Positions 1 through 8,542 of a stretch of DNA of 55,514 bases are shown here, piece by piece. This stretch comes from Candidatus Woesearchaeota archaeon (GTDB lineage Archaea; Nanobdellota; Nanobdellia; SCGC-AAA011-G17; GW2011-AR18), in assembly GCA_018302235.1 (NCBI GenBank), contig JAGVZW010000034.1, positions 1-55,514 on the forward strand, given 5' to 3'. The notes under the pieces were generated by a model. It made no database searches and was not told the origin of the DNA. It saw only the letters and a list, made by a program, of their open reading frames with translations. How positions within the stretch are numbered: position 1 is the first letter of the stretch; each line of letters begins with the position of its first letter. Position numbers and translations under genes: made by a program.

Positions 1-1
1 A

Positions 2-418
2 ATTGAAGGATGTAGTAGATTGGGGGTAATTAATACTGCAGTTTACTCTATTGCTTCTTTGCAGGTAATGCAAGTGATTAAAATAATAATTAAAGAAAAA
101 TATTGTAAGGATTTAATTGTTTATGATGTATGGAAAGAGAGATTAGAAAAGATTAAAGTAGAAAAAAAAGAAGGTTGTTGTAATACTTTTGAATATTTAG
201 CAGGTAAAAAGTATATACCTGTACATAGATTATGTAATGGTAAATACCAGGTAGATACAGGAAAGGTTAGTTTAATTGAATTAAATCAAAAATATGGTGG
301 TGAACGAAGTATTCACTTTTTGAAATTAAAGGATGTTATTTTTTTTAAAGATGGAAGGTGCTTAGTTGATGCTCGTTCTGGAGATGAGGTTAAGGCTATT
401 TTAAACAGGTATTTGTAA
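2..418 (+). CDS. E1-like ThiF/MoeB/UbaA-family adenylyltransferase, C-terminal part (5-prime end outside window)
   Basis: Frame is open to the window edge (IEGCSRLGVINTAVYSIASLQVMQVIKII...), resembling the Cys loop and following helix of ThiF-family E1 enzymes. It sits next to a GG-terminated ThiS-like gene and a PP-loop tRNA thiolase. Motif recall only. Confidence 0.5.
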   Translation: MEGCSRLGVINTAVYSIASLQVMQVIKIIIKEKYCKDLIVYDVWKERLEKIKVEKKEGCCNTFEYLAGKKYIPVHRLCNGKYQVDTGKVSLIELNQKYGGERSIHFLKLKDVIFFKDGRCLVDARSGDEVKAILNRYL

Positions 419-508
419 AAAAAATAATTTTTGGTTTAATTATAAGAAGGATCATTAGATATTTTTTAATTGCTATATCTTTAAAATTTTGCATTAATAT
501 AACAAAAT

Positions 509-1117
509 ATGAGTTCGGTTATTGATTTATATAAAGCTGAAAGAATTAAATGGTTAAGGACTTTTAGTGAGACTCTTTCTAAAATGAGGGAAAAAAATCA
601 GATTAGACCATTTAGAGAAAGACAAAGACTAGAAGAAATGTTTGATAGATATGGATCTTATAAAACTATGGATCTCGCTTGCTTGGCTGAATCTTTAGAT
701 ATTCTTTCTGGAAGATATTATAAATTTAGGTTGGATTATGAAGATAAAACTAAATCGTTTTATTTGTTTTGTTTAAAGGTTGGATTAGAGGGTAAATGTT
801 TACCTAAAACATATGTGATTTTTGATAAGATTCTTGAATCTGTTTGGGAGAGACAAAGGACTATAATTAAACCTTCTCCGGAATTGGATTTTTTGTGTTT
901 AAGCTTATTTGAAGATTTTTTAATAGGGAGACTAGGGATTGAAATAAAATCTAATTCTGTATCGTTAAGAAAATTAACATACGATGAGGTTTACAGACAA
1001 TGTGTTGGAAAACGTGTAAATTTTAGGGATATAGAAAGACATTTAACAAAGTTTGAGGAATTGGATAAAAATTTTATTAAGAGTATTGCTAAATATATTG
1101 CCGGGATTGATTCCTAA
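509..1117 (+). CDS. hypothetical protein (202 aa) between the E1-like and ThiS-like genes
   Basis: Long ORF in a coding-dense region with AT-rich promoter-like sequence upstream. No motif recognised. Confidence 0.45.
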   Translation: MSSVIDLYKAERIKWLRTFSETLSKMREKNQIRPFRERQRLEEMFDRYGSYKTMDLACLAESLDILSGRYYKFRLDYEDKTKSFYLFCLKVGLEGKCLPKTYVIFDKILESVWERQRTIIKPSPELDFLCLSLFEDFLIGRLGIEIKSNSVSLRKLTYDEVYRQCVGKRVNFRDIERHLTKFEELDKNFIKSIAKYIAGIDS

Positions 1118-1151
1118 AGACTTATAAATTTAATTAAATTTTATAAAATAG

Positions 1152-1343
1152 ATGAAAGTATATATAGATCGTGGAAATAGGAATATAGAGATTACTAAAG
1201 AATCAGTTCAGGATATTTTATTCGAATTAAAGATAAATCCGACTACAGTTTTAGTTAGTGTAAATAATAAATTAGTTGATATTAATTACAAAGTGAAGCA
1301 AGAAGATAAAGTAGAGATATTGAGTGTGATTTCTGGTGGTTAA
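1152..1343 (+). CDS. ThiS/MoaD/TtuB-like ubiquitin-fold sulfur-carrier protein (63 aa, C-terminal GG)
   Basis: Small protein ending ...EILSVISGG followed by stop. Its stop overlaps the GTG start of the downstream PP-loop thiolase. Confidence 0.75.
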   Translation: MKVYIDRGNRNIEITKESVQDILFELKINPTTVLVSVNNKLVDINYKVKQEDKVEILSVISGG

Positions 1344-2238
1344 TTGTAAAAGATGTAAGGATAAGCCAGTATATAATCGATTATGTAAGAGTTGTTTTTT
1401 GAGATATTTTGAAAAAAAAGTAAGAAAAACTATAAGGGAGTTTAAATTAATAGAAAAAAATGATAAAATTTTAGTTGCTTGTTCTGGGGGAAAAGATTCA
1501 ACTAGTGTTTTGTATTTACTCAAAAAGATTTTCTCTAAACGAAAGGATTTGGTAATTGAAGCAATTGCGATTGATGAGGGTATTAAGGAATATAGAGATA
1601 AAAATCTAAAATTTTTAAAAAAATTTTGTGAGAAAGAAGACATTAATCTGTATATTTATTCTTTTAAAAAAGAATTTAAAATTGAGTTAGATGCTATTAT
1701 TAAAGATGAAAAACCATGTTCTATCTGTGGTGTTTTAAGAAGAAAATTATTGAATCAAATGGCTAAAAAACTAAATGCTACTAAGTTGGTTACTGGGCAT
1801 AATTTAGATGATGAATGTCAAAGTATTTTAATGAATCAATTTAGGAGAGATGTAAAAACAAGTGCGCGTTTGGGGCCTAAGACTGGGATTTTAGTAGATA
1901 AAGGTTTTGTTCAGAGAATTAAACCTTTTTATTTAATGCTGGAGAAAGAGGTTGCTATCTATGCTTTTTTAAAGGGATTTATGCAGCAATTAAATGAATG
2001 TCCATATGAAAAAGTATCCTATAGAGCGGATATTAGGGATATGATCAATAATTTTGAACAAAAATATCCAGGAACAAAAAATTCTACTATTACTTCTTTT
2101 TTAGAGATCTTACCTGTATTAAAAAAAGAATATAAAAATAAAGGGAATTTGAAACATTGCAAAGAATGCGGAGAGCCTTGTTCTCAAGACATTTGTCAGG
2201 GATGTAAAATAATACAAAAATTACTTAGAAAAACTTAA
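1336..2238 (+). CDS. tRNA 2-thiolation PP-loop ATPase (TtuA/NcsA/Ncs6 family)
   Basis: PP-loop SGGKDS, N-terminal CxxC...CxxC and C-terminal CxxC...CxxC zinc fingers, GHNLDDE motif. Translationally coupled to the ThiS-like gene. Confidence 0.85.
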   Translation: MVNCKRCKDKPVYNRLCKSCFLRYFEKKVRKTIREFKLIEKNDKILVACSGGKDSTSVLYLLKKIFSKRKDLVIEAIAIDEGIKEYRDKNLKFLKKFCEKEDINLYIYSFKKEFKIELDAIIKDEKPCSICGVLRRKLLNQMAKKLNATKLVTGHNLDDECQSILMNQFRRDVKTSARLGPKTGILVDKGFVQRIKPFYLMLEKEVAIYAFLKGFMQQLNECPYEKVSYRADIRDMINNFEQKYPGTKNSTITSFLEILPVLKKEYKNKGNLKHCKECGEPCSQDICQGCKIIQKLLRKT

Positions 2239-2262
2239 ATATGAGTAAAAATATTAGAAAAT

Positions 2263-2655
2263 ATGGATACTAAAATGAGATGTAAATGTGGGAATTGTGT
2301 GCCAGTCAAAGAAATGAAATATGATATTAATGGTACTGATTTAATATGTGGAGAATGTTATAGATATCAACAATTAAGATTTAAAGAAAAGGTCTTTGGT
2401 AAATCGTATAATAAGATTGAAACAATAACTGGAAAAAAGAGAGATACCGTTGATACAAGAAGATTTCAAGAAGAAAAAATAAAATATTTCTGTGAGAATT
2501 GTCACTATAAATTTTCTAGAAAAAAAGATTTTAAATTTAATTTAATATGTCCTAATTGTGGTAAAACCGGTCTCAGGATAAATAATAATGAATCTGCACA
2601 AAAATTAATTGATACAATTGGTGATTGGGAAGAAAATAGAATTTTGAAGAGATGA
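2263..2655 (+). CDS. double zinc-ribbon protein (130 aa)
   Basis: Cys pairs CKCGNC, CGEC, CENC and CPNC. 4-nt ATGA overlap with the downstream methyltransferase. Confidence 0.5.
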   Translation: MDTKMRCKCGNCVPVKEMKYDINGTDLICGECYRYQQLRFKEKVFGKSYNKIETITGKKRDTVDTRRFQEEKIKYFCENCHYKFSRKKDFKFNLICPNCGKTGLRINNNESAQKLIDTIGDWEENRILKR

Positions 2656-3128
2656 ACTATAAATACATTTCAAAGGCTTATAATGAATTGTATTTAGAGG
2701 AACAATTACATAAATTAGAATTGATTAAAGAAAATATAAATATTTCTGGTAAAATATTAGATATTGGGTGTGGTACTGGAATTTCTACAAAATATTTTAA
2801 TGCTATTGGGGTTGATCCTTGCAAAGAATTAATTGCCTTAGGTGAAGACAATTTAAGAATTGGTAGTGGAGAAGAACTGGAATTTAAAGAGAAAGAATTT
2901 GATTTTGTTTTATGTATAACGGCTTTACATAATTTTGATAATTATATTACTGGTTTATTAGAGATGAAAAGGGTTGTTAAAGATGATGGGATTGTTATAA
3001 TTAGTTTGTTAAAATTATCTAAACTATTTGAAGATATTGTTAAAAATATTGAAGAAATATTTATAATTTTTAAGAAGATAGATGAAGGTAAGGATATTAT
3101 TTTCTTTTGTAAGAAAGGATTTAAATAA
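2652..3128 (+). CDS. class I SAM-dependent methyltransferase
   Basis: SAM-binding motif I ILDIGCGTGIS followed by an acidic loop (GVD). Confidence 0.75.
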   Translation: MNYKYISKAYNELYLEEQLHKLELIKENINISGKILDIGCGTGISTKYFNAIGVDPCKELIALGEDNLRIGSGEELEFKEKEFDFVLCITALHNFDNYITGLLEMKRVVKDDGIVIISLLKLSKLFEDIVKNIEEIFIIFKKIDEGKDIIFFCKKGFK

Positions 3129-3151
3129 TAATGAATATTTTAAAATTTATT

Positions 3152-3225
3152 GCCCAGGTAACATAATTGGATAATGTACCGGACTCCTAATCCGGAGATT
3201 GCAGGTTCAAATCCTGTCCTGGGCG
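3152..3225 (+). tRNA. tRNA-Arg (anticodon CCU)
   Basis: Hand-folded cloverleaf: acceptor gcccagg/cctgggc, D stem acat/atgt with a GG loop, anticodon stem ccgga/tccgg with loop cuCCUaa, T stem gcagg/cctgt with loop ttcaaat, discriminator g. 74 nt, no encoded CCA. GC-rich against an AT-rich background. Confidence 0.85.
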
Positions 3226-3226
3226 A

Positions 3227-3871
3227 TTATCTTAATCTATAGAACCTTTCAGCAAATCTACACTTATTTAACATACCTAAAATAAATGCTTTATATATTG
3301 TTGGTATTAATAAAATGTATGTATATATTTTTTGACTTTTAAATTTTTTTATAGCTTGTAATTTTTTTTTAAATGTAGAAGATATATCTACATAAATTCT
3401 TGGATTTGTTTCTTCTATTACATTCCAAATCTCAAAGGAATAAAGATTTATTCTATTCTTTTTATCAATTTTATCTAAAACCTTCATTACTATTTTGTTT
3501 ACTGCTCTATGATCTAAATGCGCATCAAAAGAAGAATGTGTGAATATTTTTTTAGGTTTAAATTCTTTTATTATGGCTTCTATTTTTTTTTCTGCTTCCG
3601 GGGTATCTAATTCTTCTTTTAGTTTTGTATCCTTATAATCTAAGAATAATGTCTTTTTAATTCCTAGGAATTTTTCTATATCTTCTGTTTCTTTAATCCT
3701 CTCCTTGACTAACAGATCTTTTTTTAACCATGGGGATGACTTTTCTCCATTAGAAACTAAAACTGTAACAATATCTTTCTTTTCTTGAATGTATTTTAAT
3801 ATTGTACCCCCCATTCCAATTACTTCATCATCCGAATGTGCAACAAAAACTAAAATTAATTCATTTACCAT
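3227..3871 (-). CDS. PIG-L/LmbE-family N-acetylglucosaminyl deacetylase
   Basis: N-terminal VFVAHSDDEVIGMGGT and downstream HLDH motif typical of the PIG-L family. Confidence 0.75.
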   Translation of the reverse strand: MVNELILVFVAHSDDEVIGMGGTILKYIQEKKDIVTVLVSNGEKSSPWLKKDLLVKERIKETEDIEKFLGIKKTLFLDYKDTKLKEELDTPEAEKKIEAIIKEFKPKKIFTHSSFDAHLDHRAVNKIVMKVLDKIDKKNRINLYSFEIWNVIEETNPRIYVDISSTFKKKLQAIKKFKSQKIYTYILLIPTIYKAFILGMLNKCRFAERFYRLR

Positions 3872-3901
3872 CTTAATTTAATGAAAAAACAGTTTTTAAA
3901 T

Positions 3902-4576
3902 TTATTTTTTTGCTGGTTTGGGCGGTGAAACAACTACTGGTGCTGTTTCTACTGAAGAAGCTGTTGTTTTTGCTGCTTCTGCTGCAGCTTTTTCTTGTTC
4001 TTTTTTCTTCTCTATTTCTTTTATCTTTTTTTCTAATTCTATTTTAATCATTTTAAAAGATTCTAATTTTTCTTTTGGTGTTTCAGTTTTTTCTTCATTG
4101 ATCTCTCTATCATATTTTCCAGCGCTGATTTCTTCTATTACCTCGTGTGCGTGTTTACCTTCTACTAAGATGCCCATTGATTGACAAGAGCCTAATATCA
4201 CTTTAACTGCTGATTTTAGGTTGTTAACAAATAAACTAGATTTTTTCATTTTTGCTATTTTAATTATTTGTTCAATTGAAGCTACTCCAACGAATAATTT
4301 ATTTGGTTCTCCTGATCCTAGTTTTAACTCTATTTCTTTTTTTATTAATTCAGAGGTTGGGGGAGTGCCTATTTCAATATTGAAATCTTTTGTTTCTGTG
4401 TCTACAATTACTTTAACTGGAACTTTCATTCCCTTAAAATCTTTGGTTTTATCGTTTATGACAGAAATAACTTGATTGATATTTACTTTCAAGGGGCCTA
4501 GTGTTCCTCCTAATTGGGGCCCTGCTATTGCCTTACCCCCTTCAACTAACACTTCAACTGTTTCTTTTTTTCCCAT
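3902..4576 (-). CDS. rpl11: 50S ribosomal protein uL11 with a long C-terminal extension
   Basis: VEGGKAIAGPQLGGTLGPLKVN and GTPPTSELIKK motifs. Conserved neighbourhood with spt5 and secE. 224 aa. Confidence 0.9.
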   Translation of the reverse strand: MGKKETVEVLVEGGKAIAGPQLGGTLGPLKVNINQVISVINDKTKDFKGMKVPVKVIVDTETKDFNIEIGTPPTSELIKKEIELKLGSGEPNKLFVGVASIEQIIKIAKMKKSSLFVNNLKSAVKVILGSCQSMGILVEGKHAHEVIEEISAGKYDREINEEKTETPKEKLESFKMIKIELEKKIKEIEKKKEQEKAAAEAAKTTASSVETAPVVVSPPKPAKK

Positions 4577-4607
4577 TGTTTTCTAGTAATTAGGTCTCAT
4601 TTAAAAC

Positions 4608-5093
4608 TTATTCTTTTTCTTTATCCTCTTCTTCTGTATCTTCTTCTCCATCTCTTCTAATCACCTTTATAGAATCTATTTTTACAGTAATTGGTATTGG
4701 AATGGCTGCTTCTAAAAGTTCTACTACTACCTCTTCTTTTTGTTCATCTATTCTTTTAACCTTTGCTTTTTCTTTTTTAAATGGCCCTGTAATTATCTCT
4801 ACTATATCTTTTTCTTGAATATTTACTGTTGCTTTGGTTTGTTCTAACATAGGTTCTATCTCTCTATAATCTAAGGGCTTATTAAGAATACCCTTGGCAT
4901 ATGGTACACCTAAAAATGCTTGTTTTGCTTCATCTTCGGATATTGTTTCTATAAAGATATAACCCTTCATACCTGGAGATGTAATTAGAGAATATACTTG
5001 TAACTTTTTCTTTTTAACATTAGATTCTATAAAATCTATAACCTGCTCTTCTCTACTTGCTGTTGTTTTAATGGCATAAATTTTTGTTTCCAT
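4608..5093 (-). CDS. spt5: transcription elongation factor Spt5/NusG
   Basis: NGN-like N-terminus (IYAIKTTASREEQV), KOW-like segment (VEIITGPFKKEKAKV), classic secE-spt5-rpl11 order. Confidence 0.85.
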   Translation of the reverse strand: METKIYAIKTTASREEQVIDFIESNVKKKKLQVYSLITSPGMKGYIFIETISEDEAKQAFLGVPYAKGILNKPLDYREIEPMLEQTKATVNIQEKDIVEIITGPFKKEKAKVKRIDEQKEEVVVELLEAAIPIPITVKIDSIKVIRRDGEEDTEEEDKEKE

Positions 5094-5132
5094 TTTCTTA
5101 GACGAAAGAACGCTGAAAGCTTATAAATGTTC

Positions 5133-5330
5133 CTATTTTAGCAGCAATTGCCAAAATATATTAATTATGAATCCTATTACTCCTAATATAAGTATACCTA
5201 ATCCTGTTACCTTTATGACCATAAACCATTCAGTTTTTGTTGGCTTTTTTGTTAACTGCCATACCCTTCTACATTCAATGAAAAATGATTTGATTTTTTC
5301 TAAAATTATCCTGATGTTTACCATTGACAT
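5133..5330 (-). CDS. secE: preprotein translocase subunit SecE/Sec61-gamma
   Basis: 65 aa with a single C-terminal TM, KKPTKTEW segment, located upstream of spt5. Confidence 0.7.
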   Translation of the reverse strand: MSMVNIRIILEKIKSFFIECRRVWQLTKKPTKTEWFMVIKVTGLGILILGVIGFIINIFWQLLLK

Positions 5331-5359
5331 GAATAAAAAGTATATATTTAAAAAACTAT

Positions 5360-6478
5360 CTAATCAATAAAATCTATACCTAAATCATATTTTAAATCCT
5401 TTTTTTGTTCTATTATTGTACTTTTTCCCTTAATTTGTGGAGAATTAATGCCTGTAATTATTACTAAGGTTCTTATTGTTTTATCTAGGTCTTCTTGTAT
5501 TTGTGCTCCCCATATTATTCTGGCATCTTCATCCAATCTTTCTGATATTGTTTCTACTATTTGTTTAGCTTCATCTAGTGTCATATTTGTGCCGCCTGAA
5601 ACATTAATTAATGCTCCGGTTGCACCTGATATATCCACATCTAATAATGGGTTTTGAATTGCTTTTTCTACTGCTTCTACTGCTCTATTCTCAGAATCTG
5701 ATTCTCCAACACCAATCATGGCTATACCCCCTTTTCCCATTACTGTTTTAATATCTGCAAAATCAAGGTTAACAAGGCCTGCTTTTGTTACTAATTCTGC
5801 AATTCCTTTTACTGCATTTGTCAAGATTTCATCTGCTACTTTAAATGCAGTATGTAGTGGAAGACCTGGACATAAATCAAGTAATTTATCATTTGGAATT
5901 ATTATTAATGTATCTGCATTTTTTTCTAATTGTTCTAAGCCGTATTCTGCATTTGCTAATCTTCTCTTTCCTTCCATTGAAAATGGCAATGTTACTATTG
6001 CTACTGTTAAAATATTTTGTTTTTTAGCCACTTCAGCTACTACTGGTGCTGAACCTGTACCTGTTCCTCCACCCATTCCACATGTAATAAAGACTATGTC
6101 TGAGCCTTGTATGTTTTCTCTAATCTCTTTTTCACTTTCTCTAGCTGATTCTTCGCCTACCTTTGGAATACTTCCCGCGCCTAAACCACCTGTAAGTTCT
6201 TTTCCTATTAATATTTTATGATCTGCGTTTGTATATAACAAGTCTTGAGCATCTGTATTTATAGCAATTGTTTCTGTGCCGGTTATGCCTACTTCAGAGA
6301 TCCTATTAATTGTATTACCGCCTCCACCCCCACAACCTATAACTTTTATTTTGGCTTTTTGTTGGTTTACTAATTTTTCTAATTCCTCATCTATTTCTGT
6401 TTTTTTTGTTTTATTTGTTAAATTATTATAAGAAGACATATTGGTTCTAAGGTTTGCTTCTTTTATTATACTTTCCAT
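5360..6478 (-). CDS. ftsZ: cell division GTPase FtsZ
   Basis: Tubulin signature GGGTGTG(S), GCGGGGGN and NTD motifs. Confidence 0.95.
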   Translation of the reverse strand: MESIIKEANLRTNMSSYNNLTNKTKKTEIDEELEKLVNQQKAKIKVIGCGGGGGNTINRISEVGITGTETIAINTDAQDLLYTNADHKILIGKELTGGLGAGSIPKVGEESARESEKEIRENIQGSDIVFITCGMGGGTGTGSAPVVAEVAKKQNILTVAIVTLPFSMEGKRRLANAEYGLEQLEKNADTLIIIPNDKLLDLCPGLPLHTAFKVADEILTNAVKGIAELVTKAGLVNLDFADIKTVMGKGGIAMIGVGESDSENRAVEAVEKAIQNPLLDVDISGATGALINVSGGTNMTLDEAKQIVETISERLDEDARIIWGAQIQEDLDKTIRTLVIITGINSPQIKGKSTIIEQKKDLKYDLGIDFID

Positions 6479-6513
6479 CTTTAATAAATTAGAAAACTCC
6501 TATTTAAAGTTAA

Positions 6514-7170
6514 TTATTTTTTTGTTCTCTTTTTTTGAAAAACAATATTTTCTAATTCAGGTATTAGTTTTTTTATTAAATCTTTTAATTTTTCTTCTGT
6601 TGTCTTAGGCAATTCTAAATAAATTATAGCTGTTTTTTCATTGATTTCTAATTCTAGTTCAACATTTAATGTATTTTTTAATAATGATTCTAATTTTAGT
6701 TTAGGATCTTCTATTATTTCAATTATTTTCAATTCATAAGATAAAACTTTTCCAGCTAGGGGATGGTTAAAATCTATTAATGTTCTTCCATTTGTAACGC
6801 TTCTAATTATTCCCATTAAATTCCCTAAATTGAGCTGCATTCCAGGATAAGGATTAATTTTTTGTTTAAGCAGGTTTTGTGTATTTAATGTTTTTATTAA
6901 TTTATTATTTCTATTTCCAAATGTCTGCTCAGGAGACAATTCTATCTTATATCCTTTATTTAACTCTTTATTTATTAAAAAATTATCTAATTCTGAAAGA
7001 ATTTCTTTTTGGCCTACACATATTATTTTTGGGCCGTAATTAATTTCTTTATTGAATATTCCCTCTTTCTTTGCTAATTCTTCTGAAGTTAAGTCAAAGA
7101 TTTCATTTGTGTTTTTTATTCTGGCAGTATATTCTAATTTTATAAAATCATTAATTTTTATTTTTTTCAT
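6514..7170 (-). CDS. FKBP-type peptidyl-prolyl cis-trans isomerase (archaeal long type)
   Basis: IDFNHPLAGKVLSYELKIIEI motif characteristic of SlyD/archaeal FKBPs. Confidence 0.7.
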   Translation of the reverse strand: MKKIKINDFIKLEYTARIKNTNEIFDLTSEELAKKEGIFNKEINYGPKIICVGQKEILSELDNFLINKELNKGYKIELSPEQTFGNRNNKLIKTLNTQNLLKQKINPYPGMQLNLGNLMGIIRSVTNGRTLIDFNHPLAGKVLSYELKIIEIIEDPKLKLESLLKNTLNVELELEINEKTAIIYLELPKTTEEKLKDLIKKLIPELENIVFQKKRTKK

Positions 7171-7200
7171 AAAAATATTATAAAATAGTCTTATTTAAAA

Positions 7201-7842
7201 CTATCTTCTTTTTTGTATATATTCTAATACTTTTTTTTTCATATCTAGGGCTTCTATTTGTTGTTCTATTCTTTGGCATTCTACTGTTCTTTTATCTAAA
7301 CATTTTTGTCTTTTTGCTTCTGTTTTATAAAAACCTATTCTTGAGCTTATTGTTTGTATATCATTAAACACGTCGACAGATTCGTAATATGGTAGGCTTT
7401 CCTGATTTTGCTGATTTGTAAATTTATAAAATACCATAGCTGCTGTTATAATTGTGGCTGCTATTGCACTGTATAGTAGCCATGGTTGTTTTTCTTCTTT
7501 TTTTGTAAATTCTTGGTGTTCATAATTTCTTGATGAATCAATTCTACTATTGTCATCACCTAAAACTACTTTTTCAATATCTCCTTTTATTTCCATTTGA
7601 ATTACTTGAAATAGATTTCCTCCGTTAGCTAATATTTCTCTAACTTCTGGTTGATACTTTTCTAGAGTTCGTTCTATTTCTGGTCTATATATTTGAAATT
7701 GATTTTTAGTTAATACTTCTGGTAAGCTCTCTTGCTGTGTATTTACTGTATGATTAATGATCTCTACTAAACTATCAATTTTTGGTCTTTTTGGTTCTTC
7801 TAAACAAAATCTTTTTGTTGTTGGAAGATATGTTTTTGTCAT
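7201..7842 (-). CDS. hypothetical single-pass membrane protein
   Basis: One hydrophobic span (WLLYSAIAATIITAAMVFY) and a coiled-coil-like C-terminus. No motif recognised. Confidence 0.45.
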   Translation of the reverse strand: MTKTYLPTTKRFCLEEPKRPKIDSLVEIINHTVNTQQESLPEVLTKNQFQIYRPEIERTLEKYQPEVREILANGGNLFQVIQMEIKGDIEKVVLGDDNSRIDSSRNYEHQEFTKKEEKQPWLLYSAIAATIITAAMVFYKFTNQQNQESLPYYESVDVFNDIQTISSRIGFYKTEAKRQKCLDKRTVECQRIEQQIEALDMKKKVLEYIQKRR

Positions 7843-7937
7843 AATATCTTAAAGACTTCAAAAGAAATTAACCTTATTATTATAATTCTTATAAATCTTA
7901 TAATAACATTTAAATAGATATTCCTTTTTAAAATTTT

Positions 7938-8330
7938 ATGAGTGAAATAAAACAAACTCAAGTAAGTCTATTAAAGCCGGGGAGTTATGTTATATTGGGT
8001 GGTGTTGCTTGTGTAGTAAAAGATATACAAACTAGCAAGACTGGAAAGCATGGTGCTTCAAAATGTAGAATTGATGGTGTTGGTTTAATAGATAGTCAAA
8101 AAAGAATTGAAATACATCCTGGACAGGATAAGATTAATGTACCAATAGTAGACAAAAAAACTGCACAGGTATTATCAATAAAAGAAAATATTGCTACTGT
8201 AATGGATATGGAGTCATATGAAACATTTGATTTGAAAATACCTAGTGAATTAAAAGAAAAGGTAAAAGACGGTGATCAAGTAATATATTGGGATATTCTT
8301 GGAGATAAAGTAATGAAACAATTAAAATAG
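7938..8330 (+). CDS. eif5a: translation initiation factor 5A (aIF5A)
   Basis: Hypusine-loop motif SKTGKHGASK, about 130 aa. Confidence 0.9.
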   Translation: MSEIKQTQVSLLKPGSYVILGGVACVVKDIQTSKTGKHGASKCRIDGVGLIDSQKRIEIHPGQDKINVPIVDKKTAQVLSIKENIATVMDMESYETFDLKIPSELKEKVKDGDQVIYWDILGDKVMKQLK

Positions 8331-8339
8331 GAGTTAAAA

Positions 8340-8507
8340 ATGGTAAGATTTCCTGAGGCTAATTCAAGGTTGTTTGCAAGGGTTTTTGTGTGTAAACTCT
8401 GTAAGAGTAAGATAAGAGCAGATAATACAAAGGTTCGAGCTGGAAAGATTCAATGCAGAAAATGTGGTGCTTCTGTTTTGAGATTAAAGAAGAAGGGTAA
8501 GAAATAA
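8340..8507 (+). CDS. rpl40e: 50S ribosomal protein L40e (55 aa, below ORF-track cutoff)
   Basis: Own translation: MVRFPEANSRLFARVFVCKLCKSKIRADNTKVRAGKIQCRKCGASVLRLKKKGKK. Has the CxxC...CxxC basic zinc ribbon typical of L40e. Starts 10 nt after the aIF5A stop. Confidence 0.75.
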   Translation: MVRFPEANSRLFARVFVCKLCKSKIRADNTKVRAGKIQCRKCGASVLRLKKKGKK

Positions 8508-8542
8508 GAATATTTTTAAATAAAATGATTTAATTTTATATT

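Noticed and set aside
3152-3225. tRNA-Arg as an integration (att) site for the variable island.
   Set aside because: The tRNA is about 11 kb from the island with conserved genes in between. No integrase and no duplicated tRNA 3-prime fragment were seen at the island borders.
5448-6221. Plus-strand ORFs of 60-167 aa (5448-5657, 5718-6221, 5845-6027) inside the ftsZ region.
   Set aside because: They are antisense shadows of a highly conserved gene. Their translations are low-complexity with no motif, and ftsZ explains the region fully. The same reasoning applies to 3918-4184 and 4221-4475 (antisense to rpl11), 13016-13384 (cdc6), 21084-21269 (tfb) and 47715-48104 (ccdA).
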